From assembly GCA_965223905.1 (NCBI GenBank), contig CBDCXV010000006.1, forward strand, positions 1-34,581: a stretch of DNA of 34,581 nucleotides, in the 5' to 3' direction. Each line of letters begins with the position of its first letter. The first letter of the stretch is position 1. The notes under the pieces were generated by a model. The model ran no database searches. It was not told the DNA's origin and saw nothing but the letters and a program-made list of their open reading frames with translations. The stretch comes from Candidatus Latescibacterota bacterium (GTDB taxonomy: Bacteria > Latescibacterota > UBA2968 > UBA8231). Below are positions 25,950-34,581 of the stretch, piece by piece. The position numbers and the translations under genes were made by a program.

Positions 25950-28117
25950 CGCAGGCGCTCGCGGGCCGGCTGCGGCCGCTCCTGGCCGCGGGGCTGTTTC
26001 TCCCTGCCGCCCTCTCCGCCGCGGGCGAGGTCCCGCCCGACACCACGGCCGCCGAGTCGGCAACCCCCTTGCAGTTGCCCGCGGTGGAAGTCACCGCCAC
26101 CCGGGTGCCGTCGCCGCTGCAGGAGGTCCCGTTCAGCGTCGACCGGCTCGGCGCCGGCTCCTTTCGCGGAGAACCCGGGGTCTCCCTCGACGAAGCCCTG
26201 CGGCAGCTTCCCGGAGTCGCCGTGAGCGACCGCGGCAACCTGTCGCAGGGGGACCGCGTCTCGATCCGCGGCATCGGCAGCCGCGCCAGCTTCGGCGTGC
26301 GCGGCATCCGCGTCCTGTTGGACGACGTGCCCCTGACCATGCCGGACGGCCAGTCGCAGCTCAACAACCTCGACCTCCACGCCATCGGGGAGGCCGAGGT
26401 GCTGCGCGGGCCGAGCTCCTGGCTCTACGGCAACGCCGCCGGAGGCGTCATCCATTTCCGCACCCGCCCCGCGGCTGCCGCGGCCGGTTTCGAGCCGGCG
26501 GTGATCGTCGGCTCGGACGGCATGAGACAGGTGCGGGCGTCCGCTGATTTCTCGCGCTCCGGGCACGCTCTCCTTCTCAGCGCCGGCCAGCTCGAGCGGG
26601 AAGGGTACCGCGATCACGCAAGCGGCCTCTGGCGGCGCTTCAATTTCGCCGGCACCCACCCGGTCTCCGGGTCGGTTGCGGTAACCTCGGTGTTCAATTT
26701 CGTCGACGCCCCCTACCTGCTGAATCCGAGCTCCCTGTCCCGCGAGGCCGCGGACAGCGACCCGCGCAGCGCCCGCTTCTTCGTGCGCTCCCAGGGCGCC
26801 TCGAAGCGGTTGCGCCAGGGACAGGGGGGGTTGACGCTGACCGCGGCCCGCGGCCGCAGCCATCTGCAGCTCACCCTCTACGGTCTGGCGCGCTCCCTCG
26901 ACAACCCGATTCCCGGCCGCATCATCGAGCTCGACCGCCGCGGCGGCGGGGTGCGCTCGACCTTCACCCGGCCCCTGCGCCTGGCCGGCAGGGAGGCGCG
27001 CCTGACGGCAGGGGTCGACATCGAAGGCCAGTGGGACGAGCGCGCCGAGTTCGCCAACGAGGGGTTGCCGGAGGAGCGGATCGACGCCCTGCCTGCCTCC
27101 GAGGTGCTCGACGCCGTCGTCTACGGAGAGCGCTCGCTGCTGCAGGACGAGCAGGTGACCGGCCTCGGACCGTTCGCCGCCTTCGACCTCAAGCTGTCTC
27201 CGCGCTTGACCCTGTCGGCAGGCGGCCGTTTCGACCGCTACCGGTTCGAAGCCGGGGACCGCCACCTCGCCGACGGCAGCGACGACAGCGGGGAGCGCAC
27301 CATGAGCCGGTTCAGCCCCGCCATCGGGGTCGCCTTCGCCCCCCGGGAGCAGGTCACCGCCTTCGCCAACTACGCCACCGCCTTCCAGACCCCGACCACC
27401 GTCGAGCTGAACAACCGCCCCGGTGGGGCCGGCGGCTTCAACCCCGACCTCGACCCGGAGCTGCTGCGCAGCCTGGAGGCCGGGCTCAGGGGAGCGTGGA
27501 CCCGGCCGGCACTGGAGTACTCCCTGGCGCTCTTCCGCTTCACCCTCGACGACATGCTGATCCCGTATCAGCTCGCCGGCAGCGACGAGATCTTCTACCG
27601 CAACGCCGGACGCACGGGCAACCGCGGCCTGGAGACGCGGGTCTCCTGGGCGCCGCGGCCGCGGTGGAGGCTTTCGCTGAGCTACTCGTTCGGCGACTTC
27701 ACCTTCGAGGAGTTCGCCGTCGAGAGAGACGGGAAACCGGTGCAGCTCGCCGGCAACCAGGTGCCGGGCACGCCGCGCCACCAGCTCTGGTCGCAGCTGG
27801 AGTACCGCCTCTCCGCATTCACGGGCCGGCTCGAGCTGCGCCGGGTAGGGGAGTACTTCGCCAACGATTTCAACGGGCCGCCCCCGGGAGTCGACAAGCC
27901 TCGGGGCGACTACGTCAACCTCGCCTTCACCACCCTCGACCTCCGCCTCGCGCTGCGGTCGCGGTGGCCTCGCCCCCTGGAGCTGTTCGCCGGCGCCGGC
28001 AATCTCCTCGACGCCGCCTACAGCGGCTCGGTGGTGCCCAACGCCTTCGGCGACCGCTTCTTCGAGCCGGCCCCCGGGCGTTCCGCTGACGCCGGGCTCT
28101 CGCTCCTGTTTGACTGA
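25946..28117 (+). CDS. TonB-dependent receptor, YncD/PqqU-like, 723 aa
   Basis: TonB box VEVTATR; plug SIRGIGSRASFGVRGIRVLLDDVPLTMPDGQSQ; EVLRGPSS.LYG; FFEPAPGR; GTG start overlaps the upstream TGA. Confidence 0.92.
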   Translation: MTQALAGRLRPLLAAGLFLPAALSAAGEVPPDTTAAESATPLQLPAVEVTATRVPSPLQEVPFSVDRLGAGSFRGEPGVSLDEALRQLPGVAVSDRGNLSQGDRVSIRGIGSRASFGVRGIRVLLDDVPLTMPDGQSQLNNLDLHAIGEAEVLRGPSSWLYGNAAGGVIHFRTRPAAAAAGFEPAVIVGSDGMRQVRASADFSRSGHALLLSAGQLEREGYRDHASGLWRRFNFAGTHPVSGSVAVTSVFNFVDAPYLLNPSSLSREAADSDPRSARFFVRSQGASKRLRQGQGGLTLTAARGRSHLQLTLYGLARSLDNPIPGRIIELDRRGGGVRSTFTRPLRLAGREARLTAGVDIEGQWDERAEFANEGLPEERIDALPASEVLDAVVYGERSLLQDEQVTGLGPFAAFDLKLSPRLTLSAGGRFDRYRFEAGDRHLADGSDDSGERTMSRFSPAIGVAFAPREQVTAFANYATAFQTPTTVELNNRPGGAGGFNPDLDPELLRSLEAGLRGAWTRPALEYSLALFRFTLDDMLIPYQLAGSDEIFYRNAGRTGNRGLETRVSWAPRPRWRLSLSYSFGDFTFEEFAVERDGKPVQLAGNQVPGTPRHQLWSQLEYRLSAFTGRLELRRVGEYFANDFNGPPPGVDKPRGDYVNLAFTTLDLRLALRSRWPRPLELFAGAGNLLDAAYSGSVVPNAFGDRFFEPAPGRSADAGLSLLFD

Positions 28118-29085
28118 GCCTCGGCACCTTCCGCCTTGCGCAGGCGGGCGACGAAGAACCCCTCCATGACGCCGTCGGGCCAGATCCGCAGGGCCCGCTT
28201 CAGGCCCGGGTCCAGCTCCTTCTTGCGCCAGCGCGTGATTCCCGCGGACCCGGAGGCCAGCGCAAGCTCGATCCCCTCCAGGCGCAGGCAGCCGAAGCGC
28301 CGCAGGGCCCACTCGACGACGAGCTCGTTCTCTTCCGGGGCGAAGGTGCAGGTGCAGTAGACGAGCAGACCGCCCGGCCTCAGGGCCCGGACCGCGGAGT
28401 ACAGCAGCCGCCTCTGCCGGCGGCCCATCTCCCGGATCTTCCTCTCGCTCCAGCGCGCCAACGGCCGGGGGTCCGTTGTCGTGAAGCGGCCCTCCCCGGT
28501 GCAGGGGGCGTCGAGGAGGACGCGGTCGAAATGCTCCGGCCGCACCCTCCAGACGCCGGCCCCGTCCCTGAGATAGGTGTCGGCGTTCTCCACTCCGAGC
28601 TGCTCGAGGGTGCTCCGCAGGCGGAAGAAGCGCGGCCGCGACGACTCCACCGCGGCGATGCGGCCGCTGTTTCCCATGAGAGCGGCGATGTGGGAGGTCT
28701 TGCCGCCTGGCGCCGCGGCGAGGTCGAGCACCTCTTCCCCCGGCTGCGGATCGAGCACCAGGGCTGGGATCATGCTCGAGGGGTTCTGAATGAACAGCCG
28801 GCCCTCGGCGTTGGCCCGCGTCTCGGTCAGGGCGCGCCGCTGCTCTCCGCCGACCGCGAAGGCGCCGTCGATCCCGGGCACGGGACGCAGCGCGAACCCC
28901 GAGGACTCCAGCTCCGCCCGCAGCGAGCCGGCGTCCGTTTTCAGGCTGTTGCAGCGGAAGGCGGTGGCCCGCTCCTGCTCGAAGGCCGACCAGTCGACCT
29001 CGACCCCGGCATGCGACCCGATTCCGGTCAGGCGCTCGACGAAGGCCGGCGGCAGCGCGGTCCCGGATTCGGACAGACTCTCCAT
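28018..29085 (-). CDS. RsmB/RsmF (NOL1/NOP2/Sun) RNA m5C methyltransferase
   Basis: DLAAAPGGKT, LLDAPCTG, YCTCTF..EENE and EGFFVARL motifs; no NusB-like N-domain or RsmF C-domains evident. Confidence 0.92.
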   Translation of the reverse strand: MESLSESGTALPPAFVERLTGIGSHAGVEVDWSAFEQERATAFRCNSLKTDAGSLRAELESSGFALRPVPGIDGAFAVGGEQRRALTETRANAEGRLFIQNPSSMIPALVLDPQPGEEVLDLAAAPGGKTSHIAALMGNSGRIAAVESSRPRFFRLRSTLEQLGVENADTYLRDGAGVWRVRPEHFDRVLLDAPCTGEGRFTTTDPRPLARWSERKIREMGRRQRRLLYSAVRALRPGGLLVYCTCTFAPEENELVVEWALRRFGCLRLEGIELALASGSAGITRWRKKELDPGLKRALRIWPDGVMEGFFVARLRKAEGAEAQSNRSESPASAERPGAGSKKRSPKALGTTEPL

Positions 29086-29407
29086 GTATCTATGCCCCCT
29101 CCACCGGATGGCCCGGCGCCCGTTTCCCGTTCGACGCCGGGAGCCGCGCGGGACGCTCGAGTCCCCGGATGCTCCGACATACGTTTCGGCTGGTCCGTCT
29201 GCTGCGGGGCTGGCGTGCTTTCAAGGTCGTCCTCTCCTGCTTTACGTGCCATGTAACCGCGCTTGGGGTAGTTTGTGCGCGACACTGTGGAACACCGGAG
29301 ACCCGGTCAAGGACCTGAAACCCACGGCAGGTCCGAGCCCTCACAGGCCGCAGCTTCGGCGAATTGCCTGCCCGACTGTGCCGGCTTTGTGCCCCGAGGA
29401 GAATGAG

Positions 29408-30427
29408 ATGGCGAGGATTCTGCGACAGGCCACCGTCGTGCGTGACGGAAATCACAACGCCTTCACCGATCTTCAGTACTGGCAGGGATGCTACTGGGTA
29501 GCGTACCGCAAGGGCGCGGGCCACGTATCCATGGATGGCGCCGCGACCCTTTCAGTGTCCTGCGACCGCACCCGATTTCGCGAAGTCGCGCAGATTCACA
29601 CGCCCGGCGACAATCGCGACCCCAAGCTTCTGCCGGTGAGCGAGGACCGGATGGCCCTGTACTTCCCGAGCTGGACACGCGGCTACGAGGCCCGGGAACT
29701 GCAGCAATACATCACCTTTTCGGGTGACGGACACGATTGGGAGAAACCCGCTCCCATCCTCTCCTCCGGAAATTGGCTCTGGCGCGTCCGGCGACACGAC
29801 GATCGCTACTACGGACTGATCCAGAACCTTGCCGGGGAGTGGGACCGCGAGGGCATGCCGCACCAGCTCGACCTGGCAGTGAGCGACGACCTGCTCGAGT
29901 GGGAGGTCATCGCCCGGGTTGGCGAGGAGTACGGGCTGAACGAAAGCGACATTTACTGGCGGGACGATGGCGAAGCCTGGATCGTCTCGCGCAGCGTGGT
30001 CAAGCACTTCGGCAGCTGCTTCTGCTCGGCGCAGCCGCCCTACACCGAGTGGCAGGCTACCGAGCTGTCGCCGATGGTGCATGCGCCCGTTTTCCTGCAC
30101 TGCGAAGGAGAGCTCTACGTCGCCGGCCGCAACATGCCTTCCGTCGAAGGGGACGTCACCTTTCCGTTCAAGTCCGCCAGCCTGGGCATCTGGCGGGTCC
30201 GACGCGAAGAGCTCGAACCCGTCCTGCGCATTCCCGCTACCGGCGATTGCTCCTATCCCGGCATGATCCTGGACCCCGAAGGCCGAGTCTGCTTGAGTTA
30301 CCACTCTCAGCACGCATATCACATGGGGGTGCTGCCCCTCCCGTCGCGGGTCCGGCCGCATCCCGACAACGCCGCCTCCCTGCTGGAGGCGGATGACGTG
30401 TACTTCGCCGAACTCGAACTGCCGTGA
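29408..30427 (+). CDS. sialidase/BNR-like beta-propeller protein, 339 aa
   Basis: HNAFTDL, RDPKL, SGDGHDW, WLWRV and GDCSYPG motifs; GAGGAG RBS. Confidence 0.75.
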   Translation: MARILRQATVVRDGNHNAFTDLQYWQGCYWVAYRKGAGHVSMDGAATLSVSCDRTRFREVAQIHTPGDNRDPKLLPVSEDRMALYFPSWTRGYEARELQQYITFSGDGHDWEKPAPILSSGNWLWRVRRHDDRYYGLIQNLAGEWDREGMPHQLDLAVSDDLLEWEVIARVGEEYGLNESDIYWRDDGEAWIVSRSVVKHFGSCFCSAQPPYTEWQATELSPMVHAPVFLHCEGELYVAGRNMPSVEGDVTFPFKSASLGIWRVRREELEPVLRIPATGDCSYPGMILDPEGRVCLSYHSQHAYHMGVLPLPSRVRPHPDNAASLLEADDVYFAELELP

Positions 30428-30523
30428 GCCGCGCACTCACACCACAGCCGCCGGGGATGGAAATCGGCCGCACCGACACCGTCGAGCTGGGCTGACCCCG
30501 CAAACCCGCACCGTCCGTCTCCG

Positions 30524-32464
30524 TTGCCGCGACCCAGGTCGCCCTTCACTGCCAAGGGGTTCATCGTCGGGACCGTGTTCTCGGTCGCGGTGAGCCTGTG
30601 CGCGCCGTACGTCGTCTTCGTGCTCCAGGCCTCGGCCATGGGGATCAACAGCTCCTCGCCGGGGGCCATCTTCTTCTTCTTCCTCCTCGTCTTCGCCGTC
30701 AACGTCCTGCTCGGCCTGGTCGGGAGATGCTTCTCCCTCGGCCGGGGGGATTTCGTCCTCGTCTACGCCATGCTGATGATGGCGGTGACCGCGCCGACCT
30801 ACAACTTCCTCAACTTCCTCATCGTCATAATCACCGGGCCGTACTACATGGCCACCGCGGAGAACGAGTTCGCCTCGATCTACCACCCCTACATCCCCGA
30901 CTGGATGGTTCCCCAGGACCGCTACGCGATCTTCCATCTCTACGAAGGCCTGCCCCGCGGCGAGTCGATCCCCTGGGGAGCCTGGATCGAGCCGCTCGGC
31001 CACTGGTTCGCCTTCTACCTCGCGCTGAGCTTCATGATGTTCTGCATGGCCGCGATCATGCACCGGCAGTGGTCGCGGCACGAGCGCCTCAGCTATCCGA
31101 TGGTGCAGCTGCCGGCGCGCATGCTCGACGGGGCCGACTCACCCGGCGGCCGCATCCTGCCCTTCTTCAGGAAGAGGGGGATGTGGCTGGGTTTCGCCAT
31201 CCCCTTCACGCTTTTCAGCCTCACCGGGCTGAACCACTACTACCCGAGCATACCGGAGTTCCCCTTCTACCTCGGCTGGGTGAACTGGTTTCGAAGTATC
31301 GATGCCTGGGGCGAAGGAATCGCCCTGAGCTACGCCTGGCTCGGCTTCTTCTACCTCGTCGACCTCGACATCTCCTTCAGCATCTGGTTCTTCTACCTCG
31401 TGCTCAAGCTGCAGGGCGGGCTCTTCCGCCGTGTCGGCATCGCCAGCAGCGAGCGGCTCAGCTATTTCGAGTACTCGCAGACCGCGGACTTCTCCCACCA
31501 GGCCGCCGGGGCCGTCATCGTCTTCGTCCTCTACGGCCTGTGGATCGCCCGCCGCCACCTGCGCGACGTCGTCGTCAAGGCCTGGCGGCCCTCGCAGGGA
31601 GTGGACGACAGCGAAGAGCTTATGCCCTACAGGCTGGCCTTCTTCGGCGCGATCGGCTCGGGGATCTTCGTCTGCGCCTGGCTCTGGCGGTCGGGCATTC
31701 CGCTGGTCGTCCTGCCGCTCTTCTTCGGCGTCTGCCTCATCTACTACCTCTTCGTCACCCGCGTCGTCGCCGCCAGCGGGGTGCCGACGGCGCGCCCTCC
31801 CCTGATCGCCCCGTACTTCGTCATATCGGGAATGGGCACCTCCATTCTCGGCGCCAAGGGGATGGTGGCGCTCGGGTTCACGATGGCCTGGCAGGCGGAG
31901 ATGCGGCTGTTTCCGATGCTCGCCTGCGCCAACGCCCTCAAGCTGGCCGAGAGCGTCCCCGGATCGAAGAGACGGCTGCTGTGGGCCATGCTGCTGGCTC
32001 TCATATGCAGTCTGGCCGCGGCAACCTGGATGAACCTGCGCATGGGCTACACCTACGGCGGCAACAACCTCGGCACCTATCCCGGGTTCGCCTACAGCTG
32101 GAACTACCTGCTGTCGTGGATGCACAACCCGACCGCACCCGACCTCCGCGGCTGGGTGTTCACCGGCATCGGCGGGACCGTGGAAGGGCTCCTGCTCCTG
32201 GCGCAGAAGCGCTGGTTCTGGTGGCCACTTCATCCGCTGGGGTTCACCGTCGCCGTCGGCTGGCTCACCAGCGAGATCTGGTTCCCCGCCTTCCTCGCCT
32301 GGGGCCTCAAGGCGGTCATCCTGGGGTATGGCGGGATACGGGTCTACCAGTTCTTCAAGCCGCTCTTCCTCGGCATGATCCTCGGAGAGGTGAGCGTGGC
32401 CGGGTTCTGGGCGGTGGTCGACGCGATCGCCGGGGGCACGGGGAACGTCATCACCTACATGTGA
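30524..32464 (+). CDS. DUF6785/DUF6784-type polytopic membrane protein (putative transporter); start uncertain
   Basis: Many TM segments; IPWGAW, RQWSRHERLSYP, WWPLHPLG and PLFLGMILGE motifs. GTG 30424 overlapping the upstream stop is out of frame. Confidence 0.8.
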   Translation: MPRPRSPFTAKGFIVGTVFSVAVSLCAPYVVFVLQASAMGINSSSPGAIFFFFLLVFAVNVLLGLVGRCFSLGRGDFVLVYAMLMMAVTAPTYNFLNFLIVIITGPYYMATAENEFASIYHPYIPDWMVPQDRYAIFHLYEGLPRGESIPWGAWIEPLGHWFAFYLALSFMMFCMAAIMHRQWSRHERLSYPMVQLPARMLDGADSPGGRILPFFRKRGMWLGFAIPFTLFSLTGLNHYYPSIPEFPFYLGWVNWFRSIDAWGEGIALSYAWLGFFYLVDLDISFSIWFFYLVLKLQGGLFRRVGIASSERLSYFEYSQTADFSHQAAGAVIVFVLYGLWIARRHLRDVVVKAWRPSQGVDDSEELMPYRLAFFGAIGSGIFVCAWLWRSGIPLVVLPLFFGVCLIYYLFVTRVVAASGVPTARPPLIAPYFVISGMGTSILGAKGMVALGFTMAWQAEMRLFPMLACANALKLAESVPGSKRRLLWAMLLALICSLAAATWMNLRMGYTYGGNNLGTYPGFAYSWNYLLSWMHNPTAPDLRGWVFTGIGGTVEGLLLLAQKRWFWWPLHPLGFTVAVGWLTSEIWFPAFLAWGLKAVILGYGGIRVYQFFKPLFLGMILGEVSVAGFWAVVDAIAGGTGNVITYM

Positions 32465-32659
32465 AGGCCGTGTGGGGCATTACTGCTCGGGATAAAGATC
32501 GACTACAAATTTGCCTTCACTTTACCCATTCACCGAGAGTGCTCCTCGTACCACATCCTTACCGAATTCCAGAGATCCCTTCGCTGGGTTGCGGGTGCCT
32601 GCTCTCGTTTTTTTATTCCGGTTGAATTCTCTACCATGGACCTCTTGGGGGAGGCTGAA

Positions 32660-32923
32660 ATGGAACCCTCTGCAACAACTATCGAGTCGGCCCTGCAAAA
32701 CCTGCGGGAGCTTCCGACCCCGGTAACTTCCTGGCAGGTAGAAACGGGTCCGGACGCGACGGAAGAACCCTCCGTGTGGGTATGGGTTATACTGAAGAAT
32801 GAAGATGTCGATTTCGCGACGCGGGCCCAGCTGCGGGACATCGTTCGGGATACGGTACGCCGTCAGACGGACGACCTGTCCTGGGTCTATGTTCGCTTCC
32901 GGGGCTCCTCTGAGACCGTATAA
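32660..32923 (+). CDS. small protein, putative partner of the HEPN gene
   Basis: 87 aa; GGGGGAGG RBS; GPDATEEPSVWVWVIL...VYVRFR; ends 5 bp before the HEPN gene. Confidence 0.65.
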   Translation: MEPSATTIESALQNLRELPTPVTSWQVETGPDATEEPSVWVWVILKNEDVDFATRAQLRDIVRDTVRRQTDDLSWVYVRFRGSSETV

Positions 32924-32928
32924 GTATC

Positions 32929-33438
32929 ATGAGTCTCCATTCAGATCTGCTACGACAGGCCCAACACCTGGCCGTCAGAGAGCCTAAGCGGCCTTCGCAG
33001 GCGAGTTTGCGCCGCGCCATATCGGCTTCGTACTACGCTCTCTTTCACATGCTGGTCGATGAATCAACGGGCCGTATGTTTCCGGGTAGAGATCGGGGTT
33101 CTCTCCGCTCCTGTCTTGCACGGGCATTCGTCCACAGTGACATGAAAAAGGTGGCTCAGCAGTTCTCGAAGAACGACCTCTCGCCAAAACTCCGCCCGGG
33201 CCTGAACGGAGTGACTCTCCAGCCGGAAATCGTAAGGGTCGGTACGGCATTTGTCGACCTTCAACAGGCCCGGCACGAAGCGGATTACGACACTGCGCGT
33301 AGATTCACAAGGCGGGAGGTGCTCGATTTGCTGGAACAGGCGCAACAGGCATTCGAGGGCTGGAAAAAAGTTCGAAAGAGCATCCAGGCGGACACCTTTC
33401 TTGCGGGACTGCTTGCCTTCGGAAACATGCGGACCTGA
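32929..33438 (+). CDS. HEPN-domain protein, 169 aa
   Basis: LRRAISASYYALFH and LQQARHEADY motifs; predicted all-helical. Confidence 0.78.
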   Translation: MSLHSDLLRQAQHLAVREPKRPSQASLRRAISASYYALFHMLVDESTGRMFPGRDRGSLRSCLARAFVHSDMKKVAQQFSKNDLSPKLRPGLNGVTLQPEIVRVGTAFVDLQQARHEADYDTARRFTRREVLDLLEQAQQAFEGWKKVRKSIQADTFLAGLLAFGNMRT

Positions 33439-33666
33439 GCAAAGGAATTACGTGCTCTTTCCGTATGGCAGCATACACAAAGAAGAATACCTATCCACCC
33501 CTTGAAATTATGATCATCTGATTGCTCCTGTTGAGTTACTGCTTAAGGGTAGCCCTGCTAGAGGTGTAGCCCTTTGTGGAAATGGCGTCCGTGAGGGAGA
33601 CCGGGCCCTCGCTTCTCCGGCTCGCTTCGCTGCCTGACGGTTTCATCCTCGAGACTCGGGCGCGGA

Positions 33667-34581
33667 TCACTCTTCGTCTCTGCCGCAGAAGCGAAGCGCG
33701 TACAGGTCGGCGTCGTACATGACAAACCGCAGACGCACCGGCCTCCCGGCCAGGGGACCCACCCCGGCCCCCGATTTCCACTGCACCGCCAGGTCCGTCT
33801 GGTCCTGAAATAGCTCCGCCGAATCCGCCAGCGACAGCCCTGGGAAGGGCCTGGCGGTTTCGTCCTGGACCTCGACGCGGATGCTGCCGGCCGCGGAGGT
33901 GGACATGTTGAGCCGCAGCTGATCGCCGCTGAAGATCAGGGGCCTGGTGGTGAACTGGCCGCCGCTGTAGGGCGCCTGCACCGAAGCGAAGCCGTCGAGG
34001 CGCAGCGTCAGGCGGCGGACGCAGGAGGTCGGCATGCGCCAGTGCTCGGTCATGTAGAGCGACAATTCCGCCGGTCCGGTGCGCAGCAGGCCGCGCATGA
34101 CGTAGACGCTGCGGTCGTGCCAGTTGCCGGGGTCGGGGCCCGGGCGCACGAAGGCTTCGGGGAAGAGGCGGTCGAAGCGGAGGCCGTCGCGGCTGCTCAT
34201 CAGCACGGCGTCGTTGATCCCGGGGTACGGCCAGCCGGGCGTGGGGCTGCGGCTGTCGACAAAGCGCGAGGGGAACATCAGGTAGAGGCCGCGGGAACGC
34301 TCGTAGGGAACGCAGGAATTGGTGTACAGGTGCTCCAGCGGCGCGGCGCCCGTGTCGATCGCTTGCAGCCGACTCCAGTGGACGAAGTCGTCGGAGGTGG
34401 CGCCGCGGATCCAGCGCACGCCTTCCTTGAAAGCGCGGGTGGCGCCGTGGCCGAGCTCGCCGTCGCGGCGAATGCCCCGGGTGTACATGACGTAGCGGCC
34501 GTTCCACGGGTCGCGGAAGGCGATGTTGTGCGAGTCGAACGGGCCTTCGGTCTGCACGGGGTCGGGGTTCTTGCGCCAGTG
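33667..34581 (-). CDS. GH32/GH130-like beta-propeller protein, C-terminal part (5' end outside window)
   Basis: Open to the window edge; FDSHN, SDDFVHWS, SSRDG, LRLDGFAS and RPVRLRFVMYDADLYALRF motifs; same broad family as 17865-19448. Confidence 0.8.
   Translation of the reverse strand, partial: HWRKNPDPVQTEGPFDSHNIAFRDPWNGRYVMYTRGIRRDGELGHGATRAFKEGVRWIRGATSDDFVHWSRLQAIDTGAAPLEHLYTNSCVPYERSRGLYLMFPSRFVDSRSPTPGWPYPGINDAVLMSSRDGLRFDRLFPEAFVRPGPDPGNWHDRSVYVMRGLLRTGPAELSLYMTEHWRMPTSCVRRLTLRLDGFASVQAPYSGGQFTTRPLIFSGDQLRLNMSTSAAGSIRVEVQDETARPFPGLSLADSAELFQDQTDLAVQWKSGAGVGPLAGRPVRLRFVMYDADLYALRFCGRDEE

Noticed and set aside
14953-28312. Long antisense ORFs (14953-16989, 18039-19502, 22431-24488, 25901-28312)
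   Set aside because: Expected stop-poor mirror frames in high-GC coding DNA; the opposite strands carry clear motifs.

Overview
GC-rich bacterial window. The C-terminal 'SAVxxxSW(G/A)x(I/V)K' tails, many PhyH dioxygenases, DUF6785-type membrane protein and GH-like proteins suggest a Latescibacterota/Poribacteria-like lineage (inference only). Most of the window is ordinary catabolic and housekeeping content: GH-like TIM barrels and beta-propellers, PhyH dioxygenases, PHP and HAD phosphatases, a transglutaminase-like protein, creatininase, an SDR, tRNA-Arg(UCG), a YncD-like TonB receptor, an RNA m5C methyltransferase and a HEPN module. The standout is an accessory locus on the minus strand at ~2.5-8.6 kb. 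It holds four ~1.17-kb tandem copies of a secreted CBM9/DOMON-like gene with near-invariant framework segments and four mosaic, length-variable segments. The array is flanked by TolB/PD40 sequences and a decayed fifth paralog, and a TTGACT-(C15)-TATCAT promoter-like element upstream resembles a phase-variable switch. It looks like a diversifying binder repertoire, and no reverse transcriptase or recombinase is present in the window. Also seen are a collapsed ECF-sigma remnant upstream of an exported caspase-like gene, an enolase-superfamily pseudogene, and several 1-2 nt frameshifts that may be sequencing errors.
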